The position numbers and the translations under genes were made by a program. A DNA stretch of 64,000 nt, from NCBI RefSeq assembly GCF_009914755.1, contig NC_060948.1; one strand, written 5' to 3'. This document shows positions 15,046 through 29,148 of the stretch, in pieces. The notes under the pieces were generated by a model. It did not search any database and had not been told where the DNA came from. It worked only from the letters and a program-made list of their open reading frames with translations. The DNA comes from the human T2T-CHM13v2.0 reference genome, Homo sapiens. How positions within the stretch are numbered: the stretch's first letter is position 1; the number at the start of each line of letters is the position of its first letter.

Positions 15046-18000
15046 ATGGAGTCAAATGGAATGGTCTGGAATGGAATGAACACGAATGTAATGCAATCCA
15101 ATAGAATGGAATCGAATGGCATGGAATATAAAGAAATGGAATCGAAGAGAATGGAAACAAATGGAATGGAATTGAATGGAATGGAATTGAATGGAATGGG
15201 AACGAATGGAGTGAAATTGTATGCAGTAGAAGAGAATAGAATGGAATGCAAGCGAAAGGAAAGGAATGGATTGGAATGGAATGGAATTCATTGGAATGGA
15301 AGGGAATGTAGTGTAATGGACAGGCCTGGAATAAAGTGGAATGCTACGGTCTCGAATGGAATAAAAATGTATGGAATGGAATGCAATGAAACGGAATCGA
15401 ATGTCATAGAAGTAATGGAATGCAAAAAAATGGACTCCAAAATCATTGACTGGAAAGGCTGGGTGTCGAAAGGAATTTACTCCAATGGAATGGAATCGAA
15501 TGGAATGGAAGTGAATAGAATCGAACTAAATCGAACGGAATGGAATTGATAGGAACGGAATGGAAAGGAATGCAATGATTTCGCATGGAATGGAATCGAA
15601 TGGCATCGAATGGAATGGAATGGAATGCAATGGAATGGAATGTATTAAAATGTAATGAACTTTAATGGAATGTACTCGAATGGATTCGACTGGAATGGAA
15701 TGTTCTCGAAGTGAATGGACTCCAATGGAATGGATTCGAAAGGAATGGAATCTAATGGAATGGAATTAAATGGAAATGAATCAAATTGAATAGAACGGAA
15801 TTGAATTGAATGGAATCGAATGCAATGGAATCTAATGAAACGGAAAGGAAAGGAATGGAATGGAATGGAATGGAATGGGCTGGAATGGAATGGAATCGAA
15901 ACGAATGGAATGGAATCGAACTGAAGAGACTGGAATGGAATACACTGGAATGGAAGGGAATGTAATGGAAGGTTCTCGAAAAAAATGTAATTGAAAGGAA
16001 TGGAATTGAGTGGAACGGAATAGAGTCGAATGGAATTCAATGGAATGGAATGGACTAGAGTGAAATGGAATCGAACCACAAGGAATGGACAGGAATAGAA
16101 TGGTCTCGAATTGAATGGAATCGTATCGAATGGCATCAAACGGAATGGAATGGACAGCCACGGAATGGAATGCACTCGAATGCAATGGAGTCGAAACTAA
16201 TGGACTGGAATAGAATGGACTCGACTGGTACGGACTCCAATGGAATGGAATCGAATGGAAGGGAATCGAACGGAATGGACTCGAAGGGAAAAGACTGCAA
16301 TGGAAAGGTCTCGAATGGAATGGAAATTAATGGAATGGAATGGAATCGAATGAAATGGAGTCAAAAGGAATGGAATCGAATGGCAAGAAATCGAATGTAA
16401 TGGAATCGCAAGGAATTGATGTGAACGGAACGGAATGGAATGGAATCCAAAGGAATGGAATAGAATGGAATGGAATCGAATGGAAAGGACTCGAATGGAA
16501 ATCACTCGAATAGAATGCAATTTAATAAAATAGGATCAAATGTAATGGAATGGAATGGAAAGGAATCGAAACGAAAGGAATGGAGACAGATGGAATGGAA
16601 TGGAACAGAGAGCAATGGTATAGAATGGAATGGAATCATCTGGAATGGAATTGAATGGAATGGAATAACATGAAATGGACTGGAATGGAATGGAATGCCC
16701 TTGAATTAAATGGACTGGAATGGAATGGACTCGAACAGAGTGGAATGGAAAGTGTTGAAATAGAATGGAATGGACTCGTTTGGAATGGTCTAGTATGCAA
16801 TGCAATCGACTGGCAGGGAATCAAAAGGAATGTAATCGAATGGATTGGACTGGAATGCAATGGACTTGAATAGATTGGAAACGGAATGCAAAGGAATGGA
16901 ATGGAATAGTATGGAATGGAATGGAAAGGAATGGAGTGGAATAGACTAGAGTGGAATGGAATGGACTCGAAAGCAATGGACTGGAATGGAACTTTCTTGA
17001 ATGGACTGGAATCAAACGGAATGGAATGCAATGCAATCAAATGGCATGGAATAAAATAGAATGAAAGAGAATCAAATGGAATTGAATCGAATGGAATCGA
17101 ATGGATTGGAAAGGAATAGAATGGAATGGAACGGAATTGACTCAAATGGAATGGACTAGAATGGAATGGATTCGAATGGAAGGCAAATGAATGGAATCTA
17201 TTGGAATGGACTGTAATGGAATGGAATGGAAGGGATTGGAATGGACTCGAATGGAATGGACTGCAATAGAAAGGATTCGAATGGAATGAAAAAGAATTGA
17301 ATGGAATAGAACAGAATGGAATCAAATCGAATGAAATGGAATGGAAGAGAAAGGAATGGAATGAAATGGAATGGAAAGGATTCGAATGGAATGCAATCGA
17401 ATGGAATGGAATCGAACGGAATGGAATAAAATGGAAGAAAACTGGCAAGAAATGGAATCGAAATGAATGGAGTGTTATGGAACGGACTCAAAAGGAATTG
17501 AATGTAATAGAATGGAGTGGAGTGGACTCGAATATAATGGACTGGAATGGAATGAAATCACATGGAATGGGAACGAATGGAATGGAATGGAAAGGAATGG
17601 AATCGAATGGAAAGGAATCGAATGGAAGGGAATGAAATTGAATCAACAGGAATGGAAAGGAGTAGAATAGACGGTAATGGAATGGGCTCGAAAAGAATGG
17701 ACACGAATGCTCAAATTAAATGGACTCGAATGGAATGGAAACGAAAGGAATGTCATCGAATGGAATTGAATCGATTGGAATGAAATCACATAGAATGGAG
17801 TGGAATCAAATGGAATTGAATCGAAAGGAAAGGAAGCGAATGGACTGAAATGAAATGGAATGGAATTGAATGGAAATTAATGCAATGGAATAGAATGGAA
17901 AGAAATTTCACGGAATGGAATCAAACTGAATGGAATCAAATCAATGGAATGTAATCAAATGGAATGGAAAGGAATTGAATGGAGTAGATTGGATTGGATA

Positions 18001-18583
18001 GGATTGGAATGAAATGTACTGGAAAGGACTCGAATTTCATGAAACAGAATGGAATGAATTAGAACGGAATGGACTCGAATGGAATGGAATATCACGGAAT
18101 GGCATCAAATGGAATGGCATCAATTGGAATGGAATCGAATGCAATGGAATGCTATGGAATGGAATGGAATGCATTGGAATGGAATGTCCTCTAATGGAAT
18201 GGATTCGAGTGGAATGGAATCGAATATAATGGAGTCTAATGAAATGGAATTGAAAGGAATGGGATCCAATACAATGGAATATACTGGAATGTAATGTAAT
18301 GAACTCGAATGTAATTGACTGGAATGGAATGTACATGAATGGAATGTAATCGAATGGAAAGTAATCCAATGGAATAGAATCTAATGCAATAAAATCGACT
18401 CAAGTAGAGTAGAATATAATGGAATGGAGTGCAGTGCAATGGAATGGAATGGAATGGAATGCAATGGAATGGAATGGAATGGAATGGAATGGAATGGGAT
18501 GGAATGGTATGGAATGGATAGTAATGGACTGGAGTGAAATGGACTGGAAAGGAATGGACTCAAATTGAAAGGGCTCGAAAGGA
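15046..18583 (+). repeat. DYZ1 unit 5, subtype A with an internal B-type tract (3538 bp)
   Basis: A markers at ~15410 and ~15580; A7 instead of A6 run at ~15979; B-type variants at 17030-17540. Confidence 0.85.
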
Positions 18584-21500
18584 ATGGAGTCAAATGGAAT
18601 GGTCTGGAATGGAATGAACACGAATGTAATGCAATCCAATAGAATGGAATCGAATGGCATGGAATGTAAAGAAATGGAATCGAAGAGAATGGAAACAAAT
18701 GGAATGGAATTGAATGGAATGGAATTGAATGGAATGGGAACGAATGGAGTGAAATTGTATGCAGTAGAAGAGAATAGAATGGAATGCAAGCGAAAGGAAA
18801 GGAATGGATTGGAATGGAATGGAATTCATTGGAATGGAAGGGAATGTAGTGTAATGGACAGGCCTGGAATAAAGTGGAATGCTACGGTCTCGAATGGAAT
18901 AAAAATGTATGGAATGGAATGCAATGAAACGGAATCGAATGTCATAGAATGTAATGGAATGCAAAAAAATGGAATCCAAAATCATTGACTGGAAAGGCTG
19001 GGTGTCGAAAGGAATTGACTCCAATGGAATGGAATCGAATGGCATGGAAGTGAATAGAATGGAACTAAATCGAATGGAATGGAATTGATAGGAACGGAAT
19101 GGAAAGGAATGCAATGATTTGGCATGGAATGGAATCGAATGGCATCGAATGGAATGGAATGGAATGCAATGGAATGGAATGTATTAGAATGTAATGAACT
19201 TTAATGGAATGTACTCGAATGGATTCGACTGGAATGGAATGTTCTCGAAGTGAATGGACTCCAATGGAATGGATTCGAAAGGAATGGAATCTAATGGAAT
19301 GGAATTAAATGGAAATGAATCAAATTGAATAGAACGGAATTGAATTGAATGGAATCGAATGCAATGGAATCTAATGAAAAGGAAAGGAAAGGAATGGAAT
19401 GGATTGGAATGGAATGGGCTGGAATGGAATGGAATCGAAACGAATGGAATGGAATCGAACTGAAGAGACTGGAATGGAATGCACTGGAATGGAAGGGAAT
19501 GTAATGGAAGGTTCTCAAGAAAAATGGAATCGAAAGGAATGGAATTGAATGGAACGGAATAGAGTCGAATGGAATTCAATGGAATGGAATGGACTAGAGT
19601 GAAATGGAATCGAACCACAAGGAATGGACAGGAATAGAATGGTCTCGAATTGAATGGAATCGTATGGAATGGCATCAAACGGAATGGAATGGACAGCCAC
19701 GGAATGGAATGCACTCGAATGCAATGGAGTCGACACTAACGGAGTGGAATAGAATGGACTCGACTGGTACGGACTCCAATGGAATGGAATCGAATGGAAG
19801 GGTATCGAACGGAATGGACTCGAAGGGAAAAGACTGCAATGGAAAGGTCTCGAATGGAATGGAAATTAATGGAATGGAATGGAATCGAATGAAATGGAGT
19901 CAAAAGGAATGGAATCGAATGGCAAGAAATCGAATGTAATGGAATCGCAAGGAATTGAAGTGAACGGAACGGAATGCAATGGAATCCAAAGGAATGGAAT
20001 AGAATGGAATGGAATCGAATGGAAAGGACTCGAATGGAAATCACTCGAATAGAATGCAATTTAATAAAATAGGATCAAATGTAATGGAATGGAATGGAAA
20101 GGAATCGAAACGAAAGGAATGGAGACAGATGGAATGGAATGGAACAGAGAGCAATGGTATAGAATGGAATGGAATCATCTGGAATGGAATTGAATGGAAT
20201 GGAATAATATGAAATGGAATGGAATGGAATGGAATGCCCTTGAATTAAATGGACTGGAATGGAATGGACTCGAACAGAGTGGAATGGAAAGTGTTGAAAT
20301 AGAATGGAATGGACTCGTTTGGAATGGTCTAGTATGCAATGCAATCGACTGGCAGGGAATCAAAAGGAATGTAATCGAATGGATTGGACTGGAATGCAAT
20401 GGACTCGAATAGATTGGAAACGGAAAGCAAAGGAATGGAATGGAATAGTATGGAATGGAATGGAAAGGAATGGAGTGGAATAGACTAGAGTGGAATGGAA
20501 TGGACTGGAAAGCAATGGACTGGAATGGAACTTTCTTGAATGGACTGGAATCAAACGGAATGGAATGCAATGCAATCAAATGGCATGGAATAAAATAGAA
20601 TGAAAGAGAATCAAATGGAATTGAATCGAATGGAATCGAATGGATTGGAAAGGAATAGAATGGAATGGAACGGAATTGACTCAAATGGAATGGACTAGAA
20701 TGGAATGGATTCGAATGGAAGGCAAAGGAATGGAATCTATTGGAATGGACTGTAATGGAATGGAATGGAAGGGATTGGAATGGACTCGAATGGAATGGAC
20801 TGCAATAGAAAGGATTCGAATGGAATGAAAAAGAATTGAATGGAATAGAACAGAATGGAATCAAATCGAATGAAATGGAATGGAAGAGAAAGGAATGGAA
20901 TGAAATGGAATGGAAAGGATTCGAATGGAATGCAATCGAATGGAATGGAATCGAACGGAATGGAATAAAATGGAAGAAAACTGGCAAGAAATGGAATCGA
21001 AATGAATGGAGTGTTATGGAACGGACTCAAAAGGAATTGAATGTAATAGAATGGAGTGGAGTGGACTCGAATATAATGGACTGGAATGGAATGAAATCAC
21101 ATGGAATGGGAACGAATGGAATGGAATGGAAAGGAATGGAATCGAATGGAAAGGAATCGAATGGAAGGGAATGAAATTGAATCAACAGGAATGGAAGGGA
21201 GTAGAATAGACGGTAATGGAATGGACTCGAATAGAATGGACACGAATGCTCAAATTGAATGGACTCGAATGGAATGGAAACGAAAGGAATGTCATCGAAT
21301 GGAATTGAATCGATTGGAATGAAATCGCATAGAATGGAGTGGAATCAAATGGAATTGAATCGAAAGGAAAGGAAGCGAATGGACTGAAATGAAATGGAAT
21401 GGAATTGAATGGAAAGTAATGCAATGGAATAGAATGGAACGAAATTTCACGGAATGGAATCAAACTGAATGGAATCAAATCAATGGAATATAATCAAATG

Positions 21501-22097
21501 GAATGGAAAGGAATTGAATGGAGTAGATTGGATTGGATGGGATTGGAATGAAATGTACTGGAAAGGACTCGAAATTCATGAAACGGAATGGAATGAACTG
21601 GAACGGAATGGACTCGAATGGAATGGAATGTCATGGAATGGCATCAAATGGAATGGAATCGAATGCGATGGAATGCTATGGAAAGGAATGGAATGCATTG
21701 GAATGGAATGTCCTCTAATGGAATGTATTCGAGTGGAATGGAATCGAATATAATGGAGTCTAATGAAATAGAATTGAAAGGAATGGGACCGAATACAATG
21801 GAATAAACTGGTATGTAATGTAATGAACTCGAATGTAATTGACTGGAATGGAATGTACATGAATGGAATGTAATCGAATGGAAAGCAATCCAATGGAATA
21901 GAATCTAATGCAATAAAATCGACTCAAATAGAGTAGAATGTAATGGAATGGAGTGCAGTGCAATGGAATGGAATGGAATGCAACGGAATGGAATGGAATG
22001 GAATGGAATGGGATGGAATGGTATGGAATGGATAGTAATGGACTGGAGTGAAATGGACTGGAAAAGAATGGACTCAAATTGAAAGGGCTCGAAAGGA
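18584..22097 (+). repeat. DYZ1 unit 6, subtype B (3514 bp)
   Basis: GTTCTCAAGA at 19511; CGACACTAACGGAGT at 19731. Confidence 0.88.
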
Positions 22098-25000
22098 ATG
22101 GAGTCAAATGGAATGGTCTGGAATGGAATGAACACGAATGTAATGCAATCCAATAGAATGGAATCGAATGGCATGGAATATAAAGAAATGGAATCGAAGA
22201 GAATGGAAACAAATGGAATGGAATTGAATGGAATGGAATTGAATGGAATGGGAACGAATGGAGTGAAATTGTATGCAGTAGAAGAGAATAGAATGGAATG
22301 CAAGCGAAAGGAAAGGAATGGATTGGAATGGAATGGAATTCATTGGAATGGAAGGGAATGTAGTGTAATGGACAGGCCTGGAATAAAGTGGAATGCTACG
22401 GTCTCGAATGGAATAAAAATGTATGGAATGGAATGCAATGAAACGGAATCGAATGTCATAGAATGTAATGGAATGCAAAAAAATGGACTCCAAAATCATT
22501 GACTGGAAAGGCTGGGTGTCGAAAGGAATTGACTCCAATGGAATGGAATCGAATGGAATGGAAGTGAATAGAATCGAACTAAATCGAATGGAATGGAATT
22601 GATAGGAACGGAATGGAAAGGAATGCAATGATTTGGCATGGAATGGAATCGAAAGGCATCGAATGGAATGGAATGGAATGCAATGGAATGGAATGTATTA
22701 GAATGTAATGAACATTAATGGAAAGTACTCGAATGGATTCGACTGGAATGGAATGTTCTGGAAGTGAATGGACTCCAATGGAATGGATTCGAAAGGAATG
22801 GAATCGAACGGAATGGAATTAAACGGAAATGAATCAAATAGAATAGAACGGAATTGAATTGAATGGAATCGAATGCAATGGAATCTAATGAAACGGAAAG
22901 GAATGGAATGGAATGGGCTGGAATGGAATGGAATCGAAACGAATGGAATGGAATCGAACTGAAGAGACTGGAATGGAATGCACTGGAATGGAAGGGAATG
23001 TAATGGAAGGTTCTCGAAAAAAATGGAATCGAAAGGAATGGAATTGAATGGAACGGAATAGAGTCGAATGGAATTCAATGGAATGGAATGGACTAGAGTG
23101 AAATGGAATCGAACCACAAGGAATGGACAGGAATAGAATGGTCTCGAATTGAATGGAATCGTATGGAATGGCATCAAACGGAATGGAATGGACGGCCACG
23201 GAATGGAATGCACTCGAATGCAATGGAGTCGAAACTAATGGACTGGAATAGAATGGACTCGACTGGTACGGACTCCAATGGAATGGAATCGAATGGAAGG
23301 GAATCGAACGGAAGGGAATCGAACGGAATGGACTCGAAGGGAAAAGACTGCAATGGAAAGGTCTCGAATGGAATGGAAATTAATGGAATGGAATGGAATC
23401 GAATGAAATGGAGTCAAAAGGAATGGAATCGAATGGCAAGAAATCGAATGTAATGGAATCGCAAGGAATTGATGTGAACGGAACGGAATGGAATGGAATC
23501 CAAAGGAATGGAATAGAATGGAATGGAATCGAATGGAAAGGACTCGAATGGAAATCACTCGAATAGAATGCAATTTAATAAAATAGGATCAAATGTAATG
23601 GAATGGAATGGAAAGGAATCGAAACGAAAGGAATGGAGACAGATGGAATGGAATGGAACAGAGAGCAATGGTATAGAATGGAATGGAATCATCTGGAATG
23701 GAATTGAATGGAATGGAATAATATGAAATGGAATGGAATGGAATGGAATGTCCTTGAATTAAATGGACTGGAATGGAATGGACTCGAAGAGAGTGGAATG
23801 GAAAGTGTTGAAATAGCATGGAATGGACTCGTTTGGAATGGTGTAGTATGCAATGCAATCGACTGGCAGGGAATCAAAAGGAATGTAATCGAATGGATTG
23901 GACTGGAATGCAATGGACTCGAATAGATTGGAAACGGAATGCAAAGGAATGGAATGGAATAGTATGGAATGGAATGGAAAGGAATGGAGTGGAATAGACT
24001 AGAGTGGAATGGAATGGACTCGAAAGCAATGGACTGGAATGGAACTTTCTTGAATGGACTGGAATCAAACGGAATGGAATGCAATGCAATCAAATGGCAT
24101 GGAATAAAATAGAATGAAAGAGAATCAAACGGAATTGAATCGAATGGAATCGAATGGATTGGAAAGGAATAGAATGGAATGGAATGGAATTGACTCAAAT
24201 GGAATGGACTAGAATGGAATGGATTCGAATGGAAGGCAAAGGAATGGAATCTATTGGAATGGACTGTAATGGAATGGAATGGAAGGGATTGGAATGGACT
24301 CGAATGGAATGGACTGCAATAGAAAGGATTCGAATGGAATGAAAAAGAATTGAATGGAATAGAACAGAATGGAATCAAACCTCATGAAATAGAATGGAAT
24401 AGAAAGGAATGGAATGAAATCGAATGGAAAGGATTCGAATGGAATGCAATCGAATGGAATGCAATCGAATGGAATGGAATCGAACGGAATGGAATAAAAT
24501 GGAAGAAAACTGGCAAGAAATGGAATCGAAATGAATGGAGTGTTAAGGAACGGACTCAAAAGGAATTGAATGTAATAGAATGGAGTGGAGTGGACTCGAA
24601 TATAATGGACTGGAATGGAATGAAATCACATGGAATGGGAACGAATGGAATGGAATGGAAAGGAATGGAATCGAATGGAAAGGAATCGAATGGAAGGGAA
24701 TGAAATTGAATCAACAGGAATGGAAGGGAATAGAATAGACGGTAATGGAATGGACTCGAATAGAATGGACACGAATGCTCAAATTGAATGGACTCGAATG
24801 GAATGGAAATGAAAGGAATGTCATCGAATGCAATTCAATCGATTGGAATGAAATCGCATAGGATGGAGTGGAATCAAATGGAATTGAATCGAAAGGAAAA
24901 GAAGCGAATTGACTGAAATGAAATGGAATGGAATTGAATGGAAAGTAATGCAACGGAATAGAATGGATTGAAATTTCACGGAATGGAATCAAACTGAATG

Positions 25001-25611
25001 GAATCAAATCAATGGAATATAATCAAATGGAATGGAAAGGAATTGAATGGAGTAGATTGTATTGGATGGGATTGGAATGAAATGTACTGGAAAGGACTCG
25101 AATTTCATGAAACGGAATGGAATGTATTAGAACGGAATGGACTCGAATGGAATTGAATGTCACGGAATGGCATCAAATGGAATGGCATCAATTGGAATGG
25201 AATCGAATGCAATGGAATGCTATGGAATGGAATGGAATGCATTGGAATGGAATGTCCTCTAATGGAATGGATTCGAGTGGAATGGAATCGAATATAATGG
25301 AGTCTAATGAAATGGAATTGAAAGGAATGGGATCCAATACAATGGAATATACTGGAATGTAATGTAATGAACTCGAATGTAATTGACTGGAATGGAATGT
25401 ACATGAGTGGAATGTAATCGAATGGAAAGTAATCCAATGGAATAGAATCTAATGCAATAAAATCGACTCAAATAGAGTAGAATGTAATGGAATGGAGTGC
25501 AGTGCAATGGAATGGAATGGAATGGGATGGAATGGTATGGAATGGATAGTAATGGACTGGAGTGAAATGGACTGGAAAATAATGGACTCAAATTGAAAGG
25601 GCTCGAAAGGA
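22098..25611 (+). repeat. DYZ1 unit 7, subtype C (3514 bp)
   Basis: AACATTAATG at 22711; GACGGCCACG at 23191; 15-bp duplication near 23300. Confidence 0.88.
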
Positions 25612-28600
25612 ATGGAGTCAAATGGAATGGTCTGGAATGGAATGAACACGAATGTAATGCAATCCAATAGAATGGAATCGAATGGCATGGAATATAAAGA
25701 AATGGAATCGAAGAGAATGGAAACAAATGGAATGGAATTGAATGGAATGGAATTGAATGGAATGGGAACGAATGGAGTGAAATTGTATGCAGTAGAAGAG
25801 AATAGAATGGAATGCAAGCGAAAGGAAAGGAATGGATTGGAATGGAATGGAATTCATTGGAATGGAAGGGAATGTAGTGTAATGGACAGGCCTGTAATAA
25901 AGTGGAATGCTACGGTCTCGAATGGAATAAAAATGTATGGAATGGAATGCAATGAAACGGAATCGAATGTCATAGAAGTAATGGAATGCAAAAAAATGGA
26001 CTCCAAAATTATTGACTGGAAAGGCTGGGTGTCGAAAGGAATTTACTCCAATGGAATGGAATCGAATGGAATGGAAGTGAATAGAATCGAACTAAATCGA
26101 ATGGAATGGAATTGATAGGAACGGAATGGAAAGGAATGCAATGATTTCGCATGGAATGGAATCGAATGGCATCGAATGGAATGGAATGGAATGCAATGGA
26201 ATGGAATGTATTAAAATGTAATGAACTTTAATGGAATGTACTCGAATGGATTCGACTGGAATGGAATGTTCTCGAAGTGAATGGACTCCAATGGAATGGA
26301 TTCGAAAGGAATGGAATCTAATGGAATGGAATTAAATGGAAATGAATCAAATTGAATAGAACGGAATTGAATTGAATGGAATCGAATGCAATGGAATCTA
26401 ATGAAACGGAAAGGAAAGGAATGGAATGGAATGGAATGGAATGGGCTGGAATGGAATGGAATCGAAACGAATGGAATGGAATCGAACTGAAGAGACTGGA
26501 ATGGAATACACTGGAATGGAAGGGAATGTAATGGAAGGTTCTCGAAAAAATGTAATTGAAAGGAATGGAATTCAGTGGAACGGAATAGAGTCGAATGGAA
26601 TTCAATGGAATGGAATGGACTAGAGTGAAATGGAATCGAACCACAAGGAATGGACAGGAATAGAATGGTCTCGAATTGAATGGAATCGTATGGAATGGCA
26701 TCAAACGGAATGGAATGGACAGCCACGGAATGGAATGCACTCGAATGCAATGGAGTCGAAACTAATGGACTGGAATAGAATGGACTCGACTGGTACGGAC
26801 TCCAATGGAATGGAATCGAATGGAAGGGAATCGAACGGAATGGACTCGAAGGGAAAAGACTGCAATGGAAAGGTCTCGAATGGAATGGAAATTAATGGAA
26901 TGGAATGGAATCGAATGAAATGGAGTCAAAAGGAATGGAATCGAATGGCAAGAAATCGGATGTAATGGAATCGCAAGGAATTGATGTGAACGGAACGGAA
27001 TGGAATGGAATCCAAAGGAATGGAATAGAATGGAATGGAATCGAATGGAAAGGACTCGAATGGAAATCACTCGAATAGAATGCAATTTAATAAAATAGGA
27101 TCAAATGTAATGGAATGGAATGGAAAGGAATCGAAACGAAAGGAATGGAGACAGATGGAATGGAATGGAACAGAGAGCAATGGTATAGAATGGAATGGAA
27201 TCATCTGGAATGGAATTGAATGGAATGGAATAACATGAAATGGACAGGAATGGAATGGAATGCCCTTGAATTAAATGGACTGGAATGGAATGGACTCGAA
27301 CAGAGTGGAATGGAAAGTGTTGAAATAGAATGGAATGGACTCGTTTGGAATGGTCTAGTATGCAATGCAATCGACTGGCAGGGAATCAAAAGGAATGTAA
27401 TCGAATGGATTGGACTGGAATGCAATGGACTCGAATAGATTGGAAACGGAATGCAAAGGAATGGAATGGAATAGTATGGAATGGAATGGAAAGGAATGGA
27501 GTGGAATAGACTAGAGTGGAATGGAATGGACTCGAAAGCAATGGACTGGAATGGAACTTTCTTGAATGGACTGGAATCAAACGGAATGGAACGTAATGCA
27601 ATCAAATGGCATGGAATAAAATAGAATGAAAGAGAATCAAATGGAATTGAATCGAATGGAATCGAATGGATTGGAAAGGAATAGAATGGAATGGAATGGA
27701 ATTGACTCAAATGGAATGGACTAGAATGGAATGGATTCGAATGGAAGGCAAAGGAATGGAATCTATTGGAATGGACTGTAATGGAATGGAATGGAAGGGA
27801 TTGGAATGGACTCGAATGGAATGGACTGCAATAGAAAGGATTCGAATGGAATGAAAAAGAATTGAATGGAATAGAACAGAATGGAATCAAATCGAATGAA
27901 ATGGAATGGAATAGAAAGGAATGGAATGAAATGGAATGGAAAGGATTCGAATGGAATGCAATCGAATGGACTGGAATCGAACGGAATGGAATAAAATGGA
28001 AGAAAACTGGCAAGAAATGGAATCGAAATGAATGGAGTGTTATGGAACGGACTCAAAAGGAATTGAATGTAATAGAATGGAGTGGAGTGGACTCCAATAT
28101 AATAGACTGGAATGGAATGAAATCACATGGAATGGGAACGAATGGAATGGAATGGAAAGGAATGGAATCGAATGGAAAGGAATCGAATGGAAGGGAATGA
28201 AATTGAATCAACAGGAATGGAAAGGAGTAGAATAGACGGTAATGGAATGGGCTCGAATAGAATGGACACGAATGCTCAAATTAAATGGACTCGAATGGAA
28301 TGGAAACGAAAGGAATGTCATCGAATGGAATTGAATCGATTGGAATGAAATCACATAGAATGGAGTGGAATCAAATGGAATTGAATCGAAAGGAAAGGAA
28401 GCGAATGGACTGAAATGAAATGGAATGGAATTGAATGGAAATTAATGCAATGGAATAGAATGGAAAGAAATTTCACGGAATGGAATCAAACTGAATGGAA
28501 TCAAATCAATGGAATATAATCAAATGGAATGGAAAGGAATTGAATGGAGTAGATTGGATTGGATGGGATTGGAATGAAATGTACTGGAAAGGACTCGAAT

Positions 28601-29148
28601 TTCATGAAACGGAATGGAATGAATTAGAACGGAATGGACTCGAATGGAATGGAATATCACGGAATGGCATCAAATGGAATGGCATCAATTGGAATGGAAT
28701 CGAATGCAATGGAATGCTATGGAATGGAATGGAATGCATTGGAATGGAATGTCCTCTAATGGAATGGATTCGAGTGGAATGGAATCGAATATAATGGAGT
28801 CTAATGAAATGGAATTGAAAGGAATGGGATCCAATACAATGGAATATACTGGAATGTAATGTAATGAACTCGAATGTAATTGACTGGAATGGAATGTACA
28901 TGAATGGAATGTAATCGAATGGAAAGTAATCCAATGGAATAGAATCTAATGCAATAAAATCGACTCAAGTAGAGTAGAATATAATGGAATGGAGTGCAGT
29001 GCAATGGAATGGAATGGAATGGAATGCAATGGAATGGAATGGAATGGAATGGAATGGAATGTGATGGAATGGTATGGAATGGATAGTAATGGACTGGAGT
29101 GAAATGGACTGGAAAGGAATGGACTCAAATTGAAAGGGCTCGAAAGGA
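25612..29148 (+). repeat. DYZ1 unit 8, subtype A (3537 bp)
   Basis: CATAGAAGTA at 25971; TTTCGCATGG at ~26145; variant GGCCTGTAATAA at ~25889. Confidence 0.88.
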
